A stretch of 64,000 bases of DNA from an uncultured Verrucomicrobiae bacterium (GTDB lineage Bacteria; Verrucomicrobiota; Verrucomicrobiia; Chthoniobacterales; Terrimicrobiaceae). This document shows positions 1 to 8,710 of this stretch, piece by piece (within the stretch, counting starts at the first letter, position 1; each line of letters starts with the position of its first letter). The notes beneath the pieces were generated by a model that was given only the letters and a program-made list of their open reading frames with translations, was not told the DNA's origin and made no database searches. Both the position numbers and the translations under genes were made by a program. The stretch spans positions 160,001-224,000 of the forward strand of contig CAVPOC010000002.1 of NCBI GenBank assembly GCA_963706955.1, written 5' to 3'.

Positions 1-1
1 G

Positions 2-157
2 AGCCGAATGAAGCTCGTCGTCGAGCCAACCGGATGTCTGGGAGCTGCTGCGGTGATCCAAAAAAGGATCGATGTCACTGGGAAGAACGTTGGCGTGGTG
101 ATCTCCGGCGGTAATGTCGACATGATCCGCTTTGCCGAGCTAATGTTGAAGCGCTGA
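2..157 (+). CDS. 3' end (partial) of a PLP-dependent threonine/serine dehydratase-family enzyme (threo-3-hydroxyaspartate ammonia-lyase/serine racemase-like)
   Basis: Manual translation SRMKLVVEPTGCLGAAAVIQKRIDVTGKNVGVVISGGNVD...LKR*; VEP and SGGN motifs typical of the fold-type II dehydratase C-terminus. Confidence 0.8.
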   Translation, partial: SRMKLVVEPTGCLGAAAVIQKRIDVTGKNVGVVISGGNVDMIRFAELMLKR

Positions 158-203
158 GCCTTATCTAACTCTCCAACTATTCAATCCAGGGGGGCAATTA
201 GTT

Positions 204-264
204 GTAGGGGCGCTTGTGTCAAGCGCCCAGCGAATCTACAGGCGGTTGGCACAACCGCCTCTAC
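204..264. repeat. GTAG-type REP doublet (REPIN)
   Basis: GTAGGGGCGCTTGTGTCAAGCGCCC followed by an inverted copy (reverse complement GTAGAGGCGGTTGTGCCAACCGCC); each arm is GTAG plus a GC hairpin; lies between convergent genes. Confidence 0.75.
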
Positions 265-297
265 TAAATCTTCGAATGGCTTCTAGGCGGTCGAGAG

Positions 298-1134
298 TCA
301 TTCTTTCCAGAGCACAGGGTTGAGCTTAGAGTTGACGATCTCCCCGATTTTACATCCGGGGAGCCATGCTTCCCAATCCTGCTGCTGGTGGTTGTTGCGC
401 GGTTTTATCAATCTGATGCCGTCTTCCATGTAAATGATGGTCATGACCGCGCGCGCCTGTGCCGATGAATTGCCGCCCGCTCGGTGAAAGGTCCAGCCGG
501 AATGGAAGCTGACCTCTCCTAACTCGTAGGGTTCTTCCACATAAGTGAAGTTCTGTGCCTGGAGCATCTCGCGAATTCTCGCTTCACTCTCGTCGCTAAT
601 TTCGAGATCCCGCCCACCTTCGAAACGATGGCTGCGAGCGGCGAAAGCCAGCGGTCCCATCTCGAGTGGCGTCGCCTGTAACGGGATCCAGGCAGTGCAG
701 GTATTATCGTTGCTTAGCGGCCAGTAGTACTGATCTGCGTGCCACGGGGTAAACCCGCCGCCCGCTTCCTTATAAAGCGCCTGGTCGTGGTAGATACGAA
801 CCCCCTTGACGCCCATCAGCTCCGCGGCGACGCGGGCGAGTCGTTTGCCAAACGAGAACTGCTGGCAAATTTGATCCTTGCTCCATAAATTCATTACTTG
901 AAGGAAGGCGCGCTGATAAGTTGAGCGCTCAGCCATAGGCTTGATGAGCGTATTAAGACGAACGACCTGCTCGGTGATCGCTTCGCCGTAGAACTTAAGC
1001 AACTCGGGCGAGAACAGTTGCTTTAGTTTGACATACCCCTCCGCCCGAAAGTGGTCGATCACCCCCGCAGGCAATGGAAAAGGTGCATCCAACTCCGCAC
1101 TCAAGTTGCCTGGGCTTCGAAGCGGCGCTCTCAT
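298..1134 (-). CDS. Phytanoyl-CoA dioxygenase (PhyH) family Fe(II)/2OG dioxygenase
   Basis: TPWHAD (HxD), WIPL, FHSGWTFH and distal R motifs; ATG at 1134 chosen over the TTG at 1194. Confidence 0.85.
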   Translation of the reverse strand: MRAPLRSPGNLSAELDAPFPLPAGVIDHFRAEGYVKLKQLFSPELLKFYGEAITEQVVRLNTLIKPMAERSTYQRAFLQVMNLWSKDQICQQFSFGKRLARVAAELMGVKGVRIYHDQALYKEAGGGFTPWHADQYYWPLSNDNTCTAWIPLQATPLEMGPLAFAARSHRFEGGRDLEISDESEARIREMLQAQNFTYVEEPYELGEVSFHSGWTFHRAGGNSSAQARAVMTIIYMEDGIRLIKPRNNHQQQDWEAWLPGCKIGEIVNSKLNPVLWKE

Positions 1135-1162
1135 GAATTTGCGGGGAACTCCGTGATTCGCT

Positions 1163-1357
1163 AATAAATGTCCCCGTTCCCGATCCGAAATCAATCAGGA
1201 CATCGCTGGATGCCAATCCGAGCAGGTCGAGCGCCTGGTTGCTTTCCGCCTCGACGTCGCGAAAGGCAGCATGGGTGGAATCGTAAATCTCGACTTCCGC
1301 CGGATTGCCGTAGTCTCTTCCCACCTGCTGAAACTCGTTATATTGCCAGGAAATCAT
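1163..1357 (-). pseudogene. 5' fragment of a class I SAM-dependent methyltransferase
   Basis: MISWQYNEFQQVGRDY...VLIDFGSGTGTFI ends right after motif I, then reads out of frame into the PhyH gene. Confidence 0.6.
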
Positions 1358-1509
1358 ACCCCCTATCGGGCACCGCAAATTGAATGGTACTCTCGCGCGA
1401 GCATCAAGCGGACAATCAATCGCCAGACCCGTCGCCTCAACTATCAACTGCGGCGGTGAATACCGCCCCCCTACTTGACATAGCCGACGGAGCATCGTCG
1501 TTATAGGGT

Positions 1510-1791
1510 ATGTGTCGAAACATCCGACCACTTTTTAATTTCGAACCGCCCGCAACCGAGACGGAGATTCAAGCTGCCGCACTTCAGTTTATCCGAAAGA
1601 TCAGCGGTTTTACAAAGCCGTCCCATTCCAATGAGACTGCCTTTAATGAAGCGGTCCGCGACGTTTCGCAGATCGCCCGAACGCTGATCGACTCTCTGCA
1701 AACCACCGCTCCACCCAAAGATCGCGCCGTGCAGGCGCATAAGGCACGGGAACGTTCACGGGTTCGCTTCCCTGAGCGAGCACACGGATAG
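1510..1791 (+). CDS. DUF2277 family protein
   Basis: Characteristic MCRNIRPLFNFEPPAT...AALQFIRKISG...N..AF. Confidence 0.85.
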   Translation: MCRNIRPLFNFEPPATETEIQAAALQFIRKISGFTKPSHSNETAFNEAVRDVSQIARTLIDSLQTTAPPKDRAVQAHKARERSRVRFPERAHG

Positions 1792-1870
1792 AAAGAGCGT
1801 CGCGACGATCGTCGAGGGATCGGCGCTGGGGAGGCGCCCGCCGGCCCACAGGTTGACGCTCTCGCCGCTT

Positions 1871-2338
1871 GGGGAGCACACCCGTCCCCGGGTGTGATTA
1901 GCCGGCGTCTCGCCGGACAATCTTTAGCAAGAGATTGAGGAAATTGGTGGGCTTTTTTGGCCGACATACCGGTTTCTTTCTTTGGGCTCTCAGCTACCGA
2001 TTCTAGCACTCGGCAGAGACGCCGAGCGCCACACCCGGGATTCGCCTAGGAGACTGTTGAAGAACTCACGCATGTCACGCGCGAGCTCTTTGGGGTAGAT
2101 ATCGGTGAAGCGACGAAGGAGCATCCCCTCAAGGGCTGTAACTGAGGAGCGACGCCGAAAGGTGCCCCAAAGAGTTCGCGCCCTCCGGGTTGCGCTAATT
2201 TTCGGCCCTCGCGGTGTCGCCAAGCTTGTCCGTAGCACTGCGGCTACGACCTGCGCTTGGCTCCTTGCGATCTTCCGAAAATTGGCAGCAACGTGGCATA
2301 CGTGAGTTTTTCAACAGTCTCCTAGGCGAATGCTCCCC
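1871..2338. repeat. GGAG-type REP-like inverted pair; the right arm is interrupted by a MITE
   Basis: Left arm GGGGAGCACACCCGTCCCCGGGTGTG...CCGGCGTCTCGCCGG (1871-1916). Right arm (2011-2049 plus 2326-2338) reverse-complements to GGGGAGCA..TCCCGGGTGTGGCGCTCGGCGTCTCTGCCG. Confidence 0.55.
2050..2321. mobile_element. MITE (non-autonomous IS derivative), short 272-bp variant
   Basis: 30-bp imperfect TIR (27/30) GAGACTGTTGAA(G/A)AACTCACG...; CTAG duplicated at 2046-2049 and 2322-2325; no transposase; near-identical copy at 53336-53692. Confidence 0.9.
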
Positions 2339-2509
2339 GGAAGCGCTAGAAGGCTCACCGTTTTGAACCTTGGCATCGGAGTTCAGTTTGTCTCACGCAG
2401 TGCGCCCGCGGAGCAGAGAAAGTCCTCGCGAAGAGTCGAAGCGCTGTCCTTCTAATGGAACTTGTTGATTCGAGCCGCACCTAGGCGCTGGGAAGAGCGC
2501 TGCTTTTAG

Positions 2510-3880
2510 CTAGAGGTCAAGGGCTCGCTCGGCATTGAGCAGAGCACCGTTACAGCCGTTTTGTTCCTCGAGGTGTTCGGCCATGACGGGTTCCTCGTCG
2601 CCGATACCAAGCAAAGCGTCAGATTCTTTGACGGACATCCCTTCAACTTCTCGCAATTTGCGCTGCATCGAGCGAGCCTTGGTGCCGACTGTCTCGATGT
2701 CGCTGGTCGCCTGGAGCAGCTTCCGTTGCACCTTCGCAAGCACTTCGCCAAAAGTGTCAAACTGTGCTTTGACCGCGCCGAGGACCTTCCAGACTTCGCT
2801 GGAGCGCTGCTCGATTGCCAGGGTGCGAAATCCCACCTGAAGGCTATTTAGCAAGGCGACCAAAGTGGTCGGACCCGCGATAATCACGCGGTGCTCGCGC
2901 TGAATGAAATCCGCGAGACCAGGAACCCTGAGCACTTCCGCGTAGAGGCCCTCGGTCGGCAAGAACATGATCGCGAAATCCGTGGTTTGGGGCGGGCACA
3001 GATACTTTTGCGAAATATCGCGAGCGTTCGCCTTGATGCGAACCTCGAGTTGAGACGTCGAAATCCGCACCTGCTCCGCATCGCGGCGGTCAATTGCCGC
3101 CAGCAGCTTCTCGTAATCCTCTTTCGGAAATTTTGCGTCAATGGGCAGCCAGACATGCGCGCCATCGAGGTCGCGACCGGGAAGCTTGATCGCGAATTCG
3201 ACCGTTTCGCCGTTGCCGCGTGGGCGGACATTCTTTGCATATTGCTCGGGGCTGAGAAACTGCTCAAGGATGGCCGATAGTTGGAACTCCCCCCAACCAC
3301 CGCGATTCTTTACGTTCGACATCAACGTCTGCAGACTGCCGATCTCGCCGGCGAGTTTTCGCATTTCGCCCATGGCGATGTGAACCTGCTGCAGGTTCTC
3401 GCTGACGATCTTGAAGGACTCACCAAGGCGTCGCTCCAGGGTCGTCTGCAATTTCTCCTCCACGGTTGCGCGCATCTGCTCGAGCTTGGCGTTATTGTCG
3501 TGCTGGATGGCGGCCAGCCTGTTGTCGAGCGCCACGCGCAAGGTTTCCGACTTCTGCTCACTGGTTTGGCTCATCAGCGCCAACTGGCGATCCAGGGCCT
3601 CTCGTAAATTGCCAAGAGCTTCGTTTTGCATCCGCAGCGAGTCCCGGGTGCTCGTGGCAACTTGATTCAATGCCGCAAAAAGGGACTGCGCAAGTTCCTG
3701 ACGTCCTGCCGAATTATCCTGGCGCATCTCTGCTGGGAGAGCCTCCAGCCGCTCGCGCAACTGCGAGGAGACAACGGTTGTGTGCCGACGGAGCGATCGG
3801 CTTGAGACAAGATGGGCTATTTGGAGGGCAGCCGTTAGCGCGAGGAGAGCGCCAATCCCGATGAGAAGGTTCTCTGTCAT
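2510..3880 (-). CDS. rmuC: DNA recombination protein RmuC
   Basis: N-terminal TM, coiled coil, KNRGGWGE, LPIDAKFP, FAIMFLPTEGLY, GPTTL motifs. Confidence 0.93.
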   Translation of the reverse strand: MTENLLIGIGALLALTAALQIAHLVSSRSLRRHTTVVSSQLRERLEALPAEMRQDNSAGRQELAQSLFAALNQVATSTRDSLRMQNEALGNLREALDRQLALMSQTSEQKSETLRVALDNRLAAIQHDNNAKLEQMRATVEEKLQTTLERRLGESFKIVSENLQQVHIAMGEMRKLAGEIGSLQTLMSNVKNRGGWGEFQLSAILEQFLSPEQYAKNVRPRGNGETVEFAIKLPGRDLDGAHVWLPIDAKFPKEDYEKLLAAIDRRDAEQVRISTSQLEVRIKANARDISQKYLCPPQTTDFAIMFLPTEGLYAEVLRVPGLADFIQREHRVIIAGPTTLVALLNSLQVGFRTLAIEQRSSEVWKVLGAVKAQFDTFGEVLAKVQRKLLQATSDIETVGTKARSMQRKLREVEGMSVKESDALLGIGDEEPVMAEHLEEQNGCNGALLNAERALDL

Positions 3881-4108
3881 GCGATCAGCTGTCGTTGTCT
3901 AAAAAGGCGCAGTTCTGCGTCACAGGAACAGAATACCCGATGGGTAGGACATTTGCGGGGGGAGGGCCAGAAATAATTGATTAGCTCCGGTCTCTCTCAA
4001 GCGCGTCAGAGTAGGACGTCCGCCCAGATCGTGAGCAGGAGAATCCTCCCCTTTTAAGGTCTCCCTTCTTTGTCTCTGAGTCGAAAGGAGATCGGTATCG
4101 GCAGCGCG

Positions 4109-4327
4109 TTAGCCGAGCCGGTAAACGATACGGGCTTTGTCGAGATCGTATGGTGACATCTCAAGTTTCACTCGATCGCCATTGAGGAGGCGGATGAAAC
4201 GCTTGCGCATTTTGCCGGAGATGTGCGCGAGGACCGTATGGTTGTTTGCCAATGCGACGTGGAACATGGTGCCGGGCAACACGGAGGTGATCGTTCCTTC
4301 GATTTCAATTGTTTTGTCTTGGCTCAT
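4109..4327 (-). CDS. infA: Translation initiation factor IF-1
   Basis: [50 protein letters not shown] at 4327. Confidence 0.97.
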   Translation of the reverse strand: MSQDKTIEIEGTITSVLPGTMFHVALANNHTVLAHISGKMRKRFIRLLNGDRVKLEMSPYDLDKARIVYRLG

Positions 4328-4577
4328 AAGAATGCGTCCGCGGGTCGGCACGGGGTATTAGGATGGGTTCTGACGTTGGTTCGTCGAGAAGGAACAGGCC
4401 ACCCTGTGCCAGAACTCGCTGCGCAAAATTGCAACGCAGCAAAACACTTCAACAGTCCGTATCGGTCCGTTACTGTGAGTCCATTGGCGACGCAAAGCAA
4501 GGGTCGATTTCATCAGCTTGCAAAGCTCCATTTGACAAGCAAGGAGTTTGCAACCACTTTCGCCACCAGAAAAACAC

Positions 4578-5798
4578 ATGCCATTTGCCAAGCTTGGATT
4601 GACCAAGCCACTCTTGCGCGGGGTTCAATCCATGGGCTACGGTGTCGCGACGCCAATTCAGCTCCGCGCCATACCGCCCGCATTGGAAGGCCGCGACCTG
4701 ATCGCTTCGGCCCAGACGGGCACAGGGAAAACCGCCGCATTCGCCCTTCCCATACTGCAAAGACTCGGATGTCACGGCGCTCTCCGGTGCCTGGTCCTAG
4801 AACCGACCCGCGAGCTCGCAATCCAAATAGAGAGCTCGATCCGCGAGTTGGCGCGGATGACAGATTTGCGCGTGGTCTCTGTGTACGGCGGTGTCGGCTA
4901 CGGATTGCAACGCGCAGCGATCAAGAGCGGAGTCGATGTCGTCGTCGCTACTCCAGGACGGCTCGAGGATCTTCTGGCCCGAGGCGACCTACAGCTCAAC
5001 GACCTGAAAATTGTCGTGCTCGACGAGGTCGATCGCATGCTCGACGTCGGCTTCCTACCCGCGGTAAAGCGCATCCTCCTGAAATGTCCAAGGGATCGTC
5101 AGACTCTTTTGTTTTCAGCTACCCTTCCCCCGGAAATCGGTGAGCTTGCCGCTTGGGCTTTACGGGATGCCGAGCGCGTCGAAATTGGCGTACAGCAAAC
5201 AGTTGCTGAAACAGTCGCCCACGGAGTCTATTTGGTGGAAGGCACGCGCAAGTTCGATTTGCTACTCGCCTTATTGGAATCCGCCGACTTTCAGAGCGCA
5301 CTCATTTTCGCGCGGACCAAGCGTGGCGCCGATAAGATCGCCAAGAAACTTCGCTCTGCGAACCATTCGGTGGCGGTCTTGCACGCCAATCGCAGCCAAA
5401 ACCAACGCGCCGAGGCTCTCCATGGCTTTAGGTGCGGACGGTACGAAGTCATGGTGGCCACCGACATCGCTGCGCGCGGGATCGATGTGGTTGGCATCAG
5501 TCACGTGATCAACTACGATCCGCCGCAGAATCCAGAGGACTACGTCCATCGCGTAGGACGCACTGGCCGCGCTCAGCTCACCGGCGATGCTTTCACGCTG
5601 GTTACGCCCGAGGATTTTAAATTGCTTGCCGCGATCGAGCATTTTATCGGACAAAGGATTAAAAGGCTTGCGATTGAGGGATTCGCCGAGGGGCCCTCCC
5701 CCCTGCGAACCGAGAAATTGCCTCGTCCGCACCCCATTCGATTTCGTAAGGCCGGACGCGGTCTTGCGCCCGATCAAACTCACAACCGCCACTCATGA
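4578..5798 (+). CDS. DEAD-box RNA helicase (RhlE-like)
   Basis: Q motif, AQTGTGKT, PTRELA, TPGR, DEVD, SAT, ARGID, HRVGRTGR. Confidence 0.93.
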   Translation: MPFAKLGLTKPLLRGVQSMGYGVATPIQLRAIPPALEGRDLIASAQTGTGKTAAFALPILQRLGCHGALRCLVLEPTRELAIQIESSIRELARMTDLRVVSVYGGVGYGLQRAAIKSGVDVVVATPGRLEDLLARGDLQLNDLKIVVLDEVDRMLDVGFLPAVKRILLKCPRDRQTLLFSATLPPEIGELAAWALRDAERVEIGVQQTVAETVAHGVYLVEGTRKFDLLLALLESADFQSALIFARTKRGADKIAKKLRSANHSVAVLHANRSQNQRAEALHGFRCGRYEVMVATDIAARGIDVVGISHVINYDPPQNPEDYVHRVGRTGRAQLTGDAFTLVTPEDFKLLAAIEHFIGQRIKRLAIEGFAEGPSPLRTEKLPRPHPIRFRKAGRGLAPDQTHNRHS

Positions 5799-6946
5799 AC
5801 CCACCTAGGAAAAAAATTTATTGGAGGAACTACACGTTTCTCACCGGAACGTTTCTCGCTACAGTTATCGGTGTCCCTGCTTACATCTGGCACTTCGGGC
5901 TGGACATCTTTCAGGTCGGTCTCTTCTTGGTTCTGGTTGCGGCGACGGGCATAAGCATCACTTTGGGCTACCACCGGTTGTTTTCCCATCTGACCTTCCA
6001 AGCGAGATGGCCGGTGAAGCTATTCACGCTCTTGTTTGGTGCCGCTGCTTTTGAAGGGTCCGCTCTGAGCTGGTGTGCCGATCACCGCAGGCACCACAAG
6101 TTTACCGATCATGAAGATGACCCGCATGACATCACCAAAGGGTTCTTCCACGCCCATATCGGATGGCTTCTTTTCCGAACTGGACCGGATACTCCGTTGA
6201 CCTGGGTTCGCGATTTACAAAAAGACCGTCTGGCTGTCTGGCAGCATGAACACTATGTGAAGCTTGCTGTCGGTATGGGTTTCGGGCTGCCGCTCTTACT
6301 GGGATATCTCTGGGGCGGATGGGAGTCCGCGCTAGGCGCGTTCCTCATCGCCGGAGCGGCTCGCATCGTCTTCGTGCATCATACGACCTTTTGCATCAAC
6401 TCGCTGTGCCATTGGATCGGCAAACAGCCCTACTCCAGCAAATGCACGGCGCGCGACAGCTTGTTGATGGCGTTCTTCACTTTTGGCGAGGGTTATCACA
6501 ATTTCCATCATGAGTTTCAGCACGACTATCGTAACGGTGTAAAACCGTGGCAATTCGATCCGACCAAATGGTCGATCTGGTTGCTCAACAAGGCGGGCCT
6601 AGTCACCAAACTGCGCCGGGTCCCTGACGAGGTCATCCTCAAGGCCCAGATTGCGGAACGCTCACGGCGCCTGGCCGAGACGCTCTCGGCGCGACAGACG
6701 CCCATCTCTGAGTCGCTTCACACCGTGTTGCAGAATGCTCAAGAAAGAATGCATGCCGCGTTGGCCCACTGGGAGCAATTGATGGCGGAGTATCGTGCGG
6801 CGGCCGAGCGCCGGGGCGAAATTTCAAGAAGGCACCGCCGAGAGCTGAAGCGTCGCGTCGACGAGGCCACCGCGCGCTTGCGCGCAGCGGTGAAGGAGTG
6901 GACGAGCGCACACGAGCTCATCTACTCGGCGATTCAAGCTGCTTGA
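5795..6946 (+). CDS. Delta-9 acyl-lipid/acyl-CoA fatty acid desaturase
   Basis: His boxes HRLFSH, HRRHH, HNFHH; TM helices; ATGA overlap with the helicase stop. Confidence 0.92.
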   Translation: MNPPRKKIYWRNYTFLTGTFLATVIGVPAYIWHFGLDIFQVGLFLVLVAATGISITLGYHRLFSHLTFQARWPVKLFTLLFGAAAFEGSALSWCADHRRHHKFTDHEDDPHDITKGFFHAHIGWLLFRTGPDTPLTWVRDLQKDRLAVWQHEHYVKLAVGMGFGLPLLLGYLWGGWESALGAFLIAGAARIVFVHHTTFCINSLCHWIGKQPYSSKCTARDSLLMAFFTFGEGYHNFHHEFQHDYRNGVKPWQFDPTKWSIWLLNKAGLVTKLRRVPDEVILKAQIAERSRRLAETLSARQTPISESLHTVLQNAQERMHAALAHWEQLMAEYRAAAERRGEISRRHRRELKRRVDEATARLRAAVKEWTSAHELIYSAIQAA

Positions 6947-7061
6947 TCGGGGCAGCAGTCCGACTGACCGCGGGTCCGGGCGCGAAAATCCCTGGACGCT
7001 GGCAGACGGTAATACATGGAATTATGCGACCGTCCGTGATTGACTGGTTTGATTGTTCCTT

Positions 7062-8177
7062 ATGTACGATCCACGTTTTGACCAACTAGCGCGCGTCCTA
7101 GTTCGTCATTCTACCAAGCTTCAGAAGGGCGAAGGTGCTCTGATCGAGCTCTTTGATGTGCCTGACGAGATGGGCATCGCGCTGATCCGTGCCACCCGTC
7201 AGGCGGGGGGGATTCCGTTCTTGCAGATCCACCGCGCGCGGATTTCTCGCGAGCTCGCCCTTCAAGTCGAAGAGAGCCAACTCGCCACCTCGAGCGCTCT
7301 CGAATTGGCTCGCATGAAGAAGATGCAGGCTTACATCGCGGTCCGGGGAAGCCACAACATCACCGAGCTCTCTGATGTGCCCGAAGAAAAGATGCGCTTG
7401 GTGGCAGGGAAATTGCGCCCGGTGATGGATTGGCGAATCAACAAGACAAAGTGGGTGGTCCTGCGCTGGCCGACTTCGGCAATGGCGCAGCAAGCTCAAA
7501 TGAGCACCGAGGCGTTCGAGGATTACTTTTTCAAGGTCTGCACCCTCGACTACGGACGCCTGGTCCCAGGCATGAAGGCTCTTAAAGCACTCATGGACAA
7601 AACGGATCGGGTTCAGCTCAAAGGACCCGGGACCGATCTTCTCTTTTCGATCAAAGAAATCGGCTCGGTGATGTGCGGCGGGGATCGCAACATCCCCGAC
7701 GGCGAGGTGTTTTCGTGCCCGCTCAAGGACTCGGTCGAAGGTCACATCACCTTCAATGCTCCGACAATTTATCAAGGGATCGCCTTCGATAATATTCGCC
7801 TCGATTTTCAGAATGGGCGAATCGTCAAAGCCACTGCCAACAATACCAAGAAACTCAACGAAATCCTGGATAGCGACGAAGGTGCTCGCTACATCGGCGA
7901 GTTCTCACTGGCCTTCAATCCGCATATTCTGCATCCCATGCGTGATATTCTTTTTGACGAGAAGATCGCCGGATCATTCCACTTTACACCTGGCCAGGCG
8001 TATGACATCGCCGGCAACGGCAACAAAAGTCGAATCCATTGGGATATGGTCAACATTCAACGCAAGGATTACGGCGGAGGCGAAGTCTGGTTCGATGGCA
8101 AACTCATCCGCAAGGACGGACTATTCCTGATTCCCGGACTGAAGAAACTAAATCCGGAGTATCTGCTCAGGAAATAG
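7062..8177 (+). CDS. Aminopeptidase, M29 (AmpS/thermophilic metalloprotease) family
   Basis: [33 protein letters not shown] motifs. Confidence 0.9.
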   Translation: MYDPRFDQLARVLVRHSTKLQKGEGALIELFDVPDEMGIALIRATRQAGGIPFLQIHRARISRELALQVEESQLATSSALELARMKKMQAYIAVRGSHNITELSDVPEEKMRLVAGKLRPVMDWRINKTKWVVLRWPTSAMAQQAQMSTEAFEDYFFKVCTLDYGRLVPGMKALKALMDKTDRVQLKGPGTDLLFSIKEIGSVMCGGDRNIPDGEVFSCPLKDSVEGHITFNAPTIYQGIAFDNIRLDFQNGRIVKATANNTKKLNEILDSDEGARYIGEFSLAFNPHILHPMRDILFDEKIAGSFHFTPGQAYDIAGNGNKSRIHWDMVNIQRKDYGGGEVWFDGKLIRKDGLFLIPGLKKLNPEYLLRK

Positions 8178-8344
8178 GTGCGTGAAATCGTCGTGCTCGC
8201 CTTGAGATGAATCGCGTCTACAGCGCTGCTTATCCGCTTATTCGGACAATACCTGGGGCGATTGCCCCATGCTCGTAGTTGAAGCCGCGCTTTTGGCGCT
8301 TCGGCAGACGATGGCACTTTGAGTCAAACTGACTCGGATACTTT

Positions 8345-8417
8345 GCGTGGTGTTCGGCGTCCTGGCCGAACACCGTTTCCCGGCGAGATGCCGGCCGGAG
8401 GGCACGCGCGCGCTTCC
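8345..8417. repeat. Degenerate GGAG-type REP-like inverted pair
   Basis: Hairpins GGTGTTCGGC..GCCGAACACC and CCGGCGAGATGCCGG; the latter matches the reverse complement of CCGGCGTCTCGCCGG in the 1871 repeat with one mismatch. Confidence 0.4.
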
Positions 8418-8710
8418 AAATAGCAACGACACGCCGAAGTTTAAGCTTTCTTTTCGTCGCGCCCGAGAGACGCACCTGCTGCGCGAAATTCTCTGGTTAA
8501 GCGCCAACGGCGCAGTCTCAATCGGCAGCCTGGGCCCACGGCCCCAAAAATATGAGACATCCACAGATCGAGCGCTGAAGGCACGCCTCATGGCTTCGGT
8601 GTTGCATTGCATTCAACATGAGGTCATTGCGAAGCGCCATATGGGGCGAATGGCTACAGAGCCGCGCGCGACAATCGGGATATAACCGCTTCATCGATTC
8701 GATCGGCGCT

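Noticed and set aside
1475..1507. TTGACA promoter for the DUF2277 gene
   Set aside because: No acceptable -10 hexamer at 16-18 nt spacing.
1990..2305. Short ORFs in and across the MITE (also 53237-53935)
   Set aside because: No transposase motifs; frames are not preserved between copies; incidental ORFs.
8178..8710. Gene in the 530-bp gap between the aminopeptidase and rarA
   Set aside because: Candidate ORFs lack recognisable motifs or protein-like composition; the gap contains a decayed REP-like pair.
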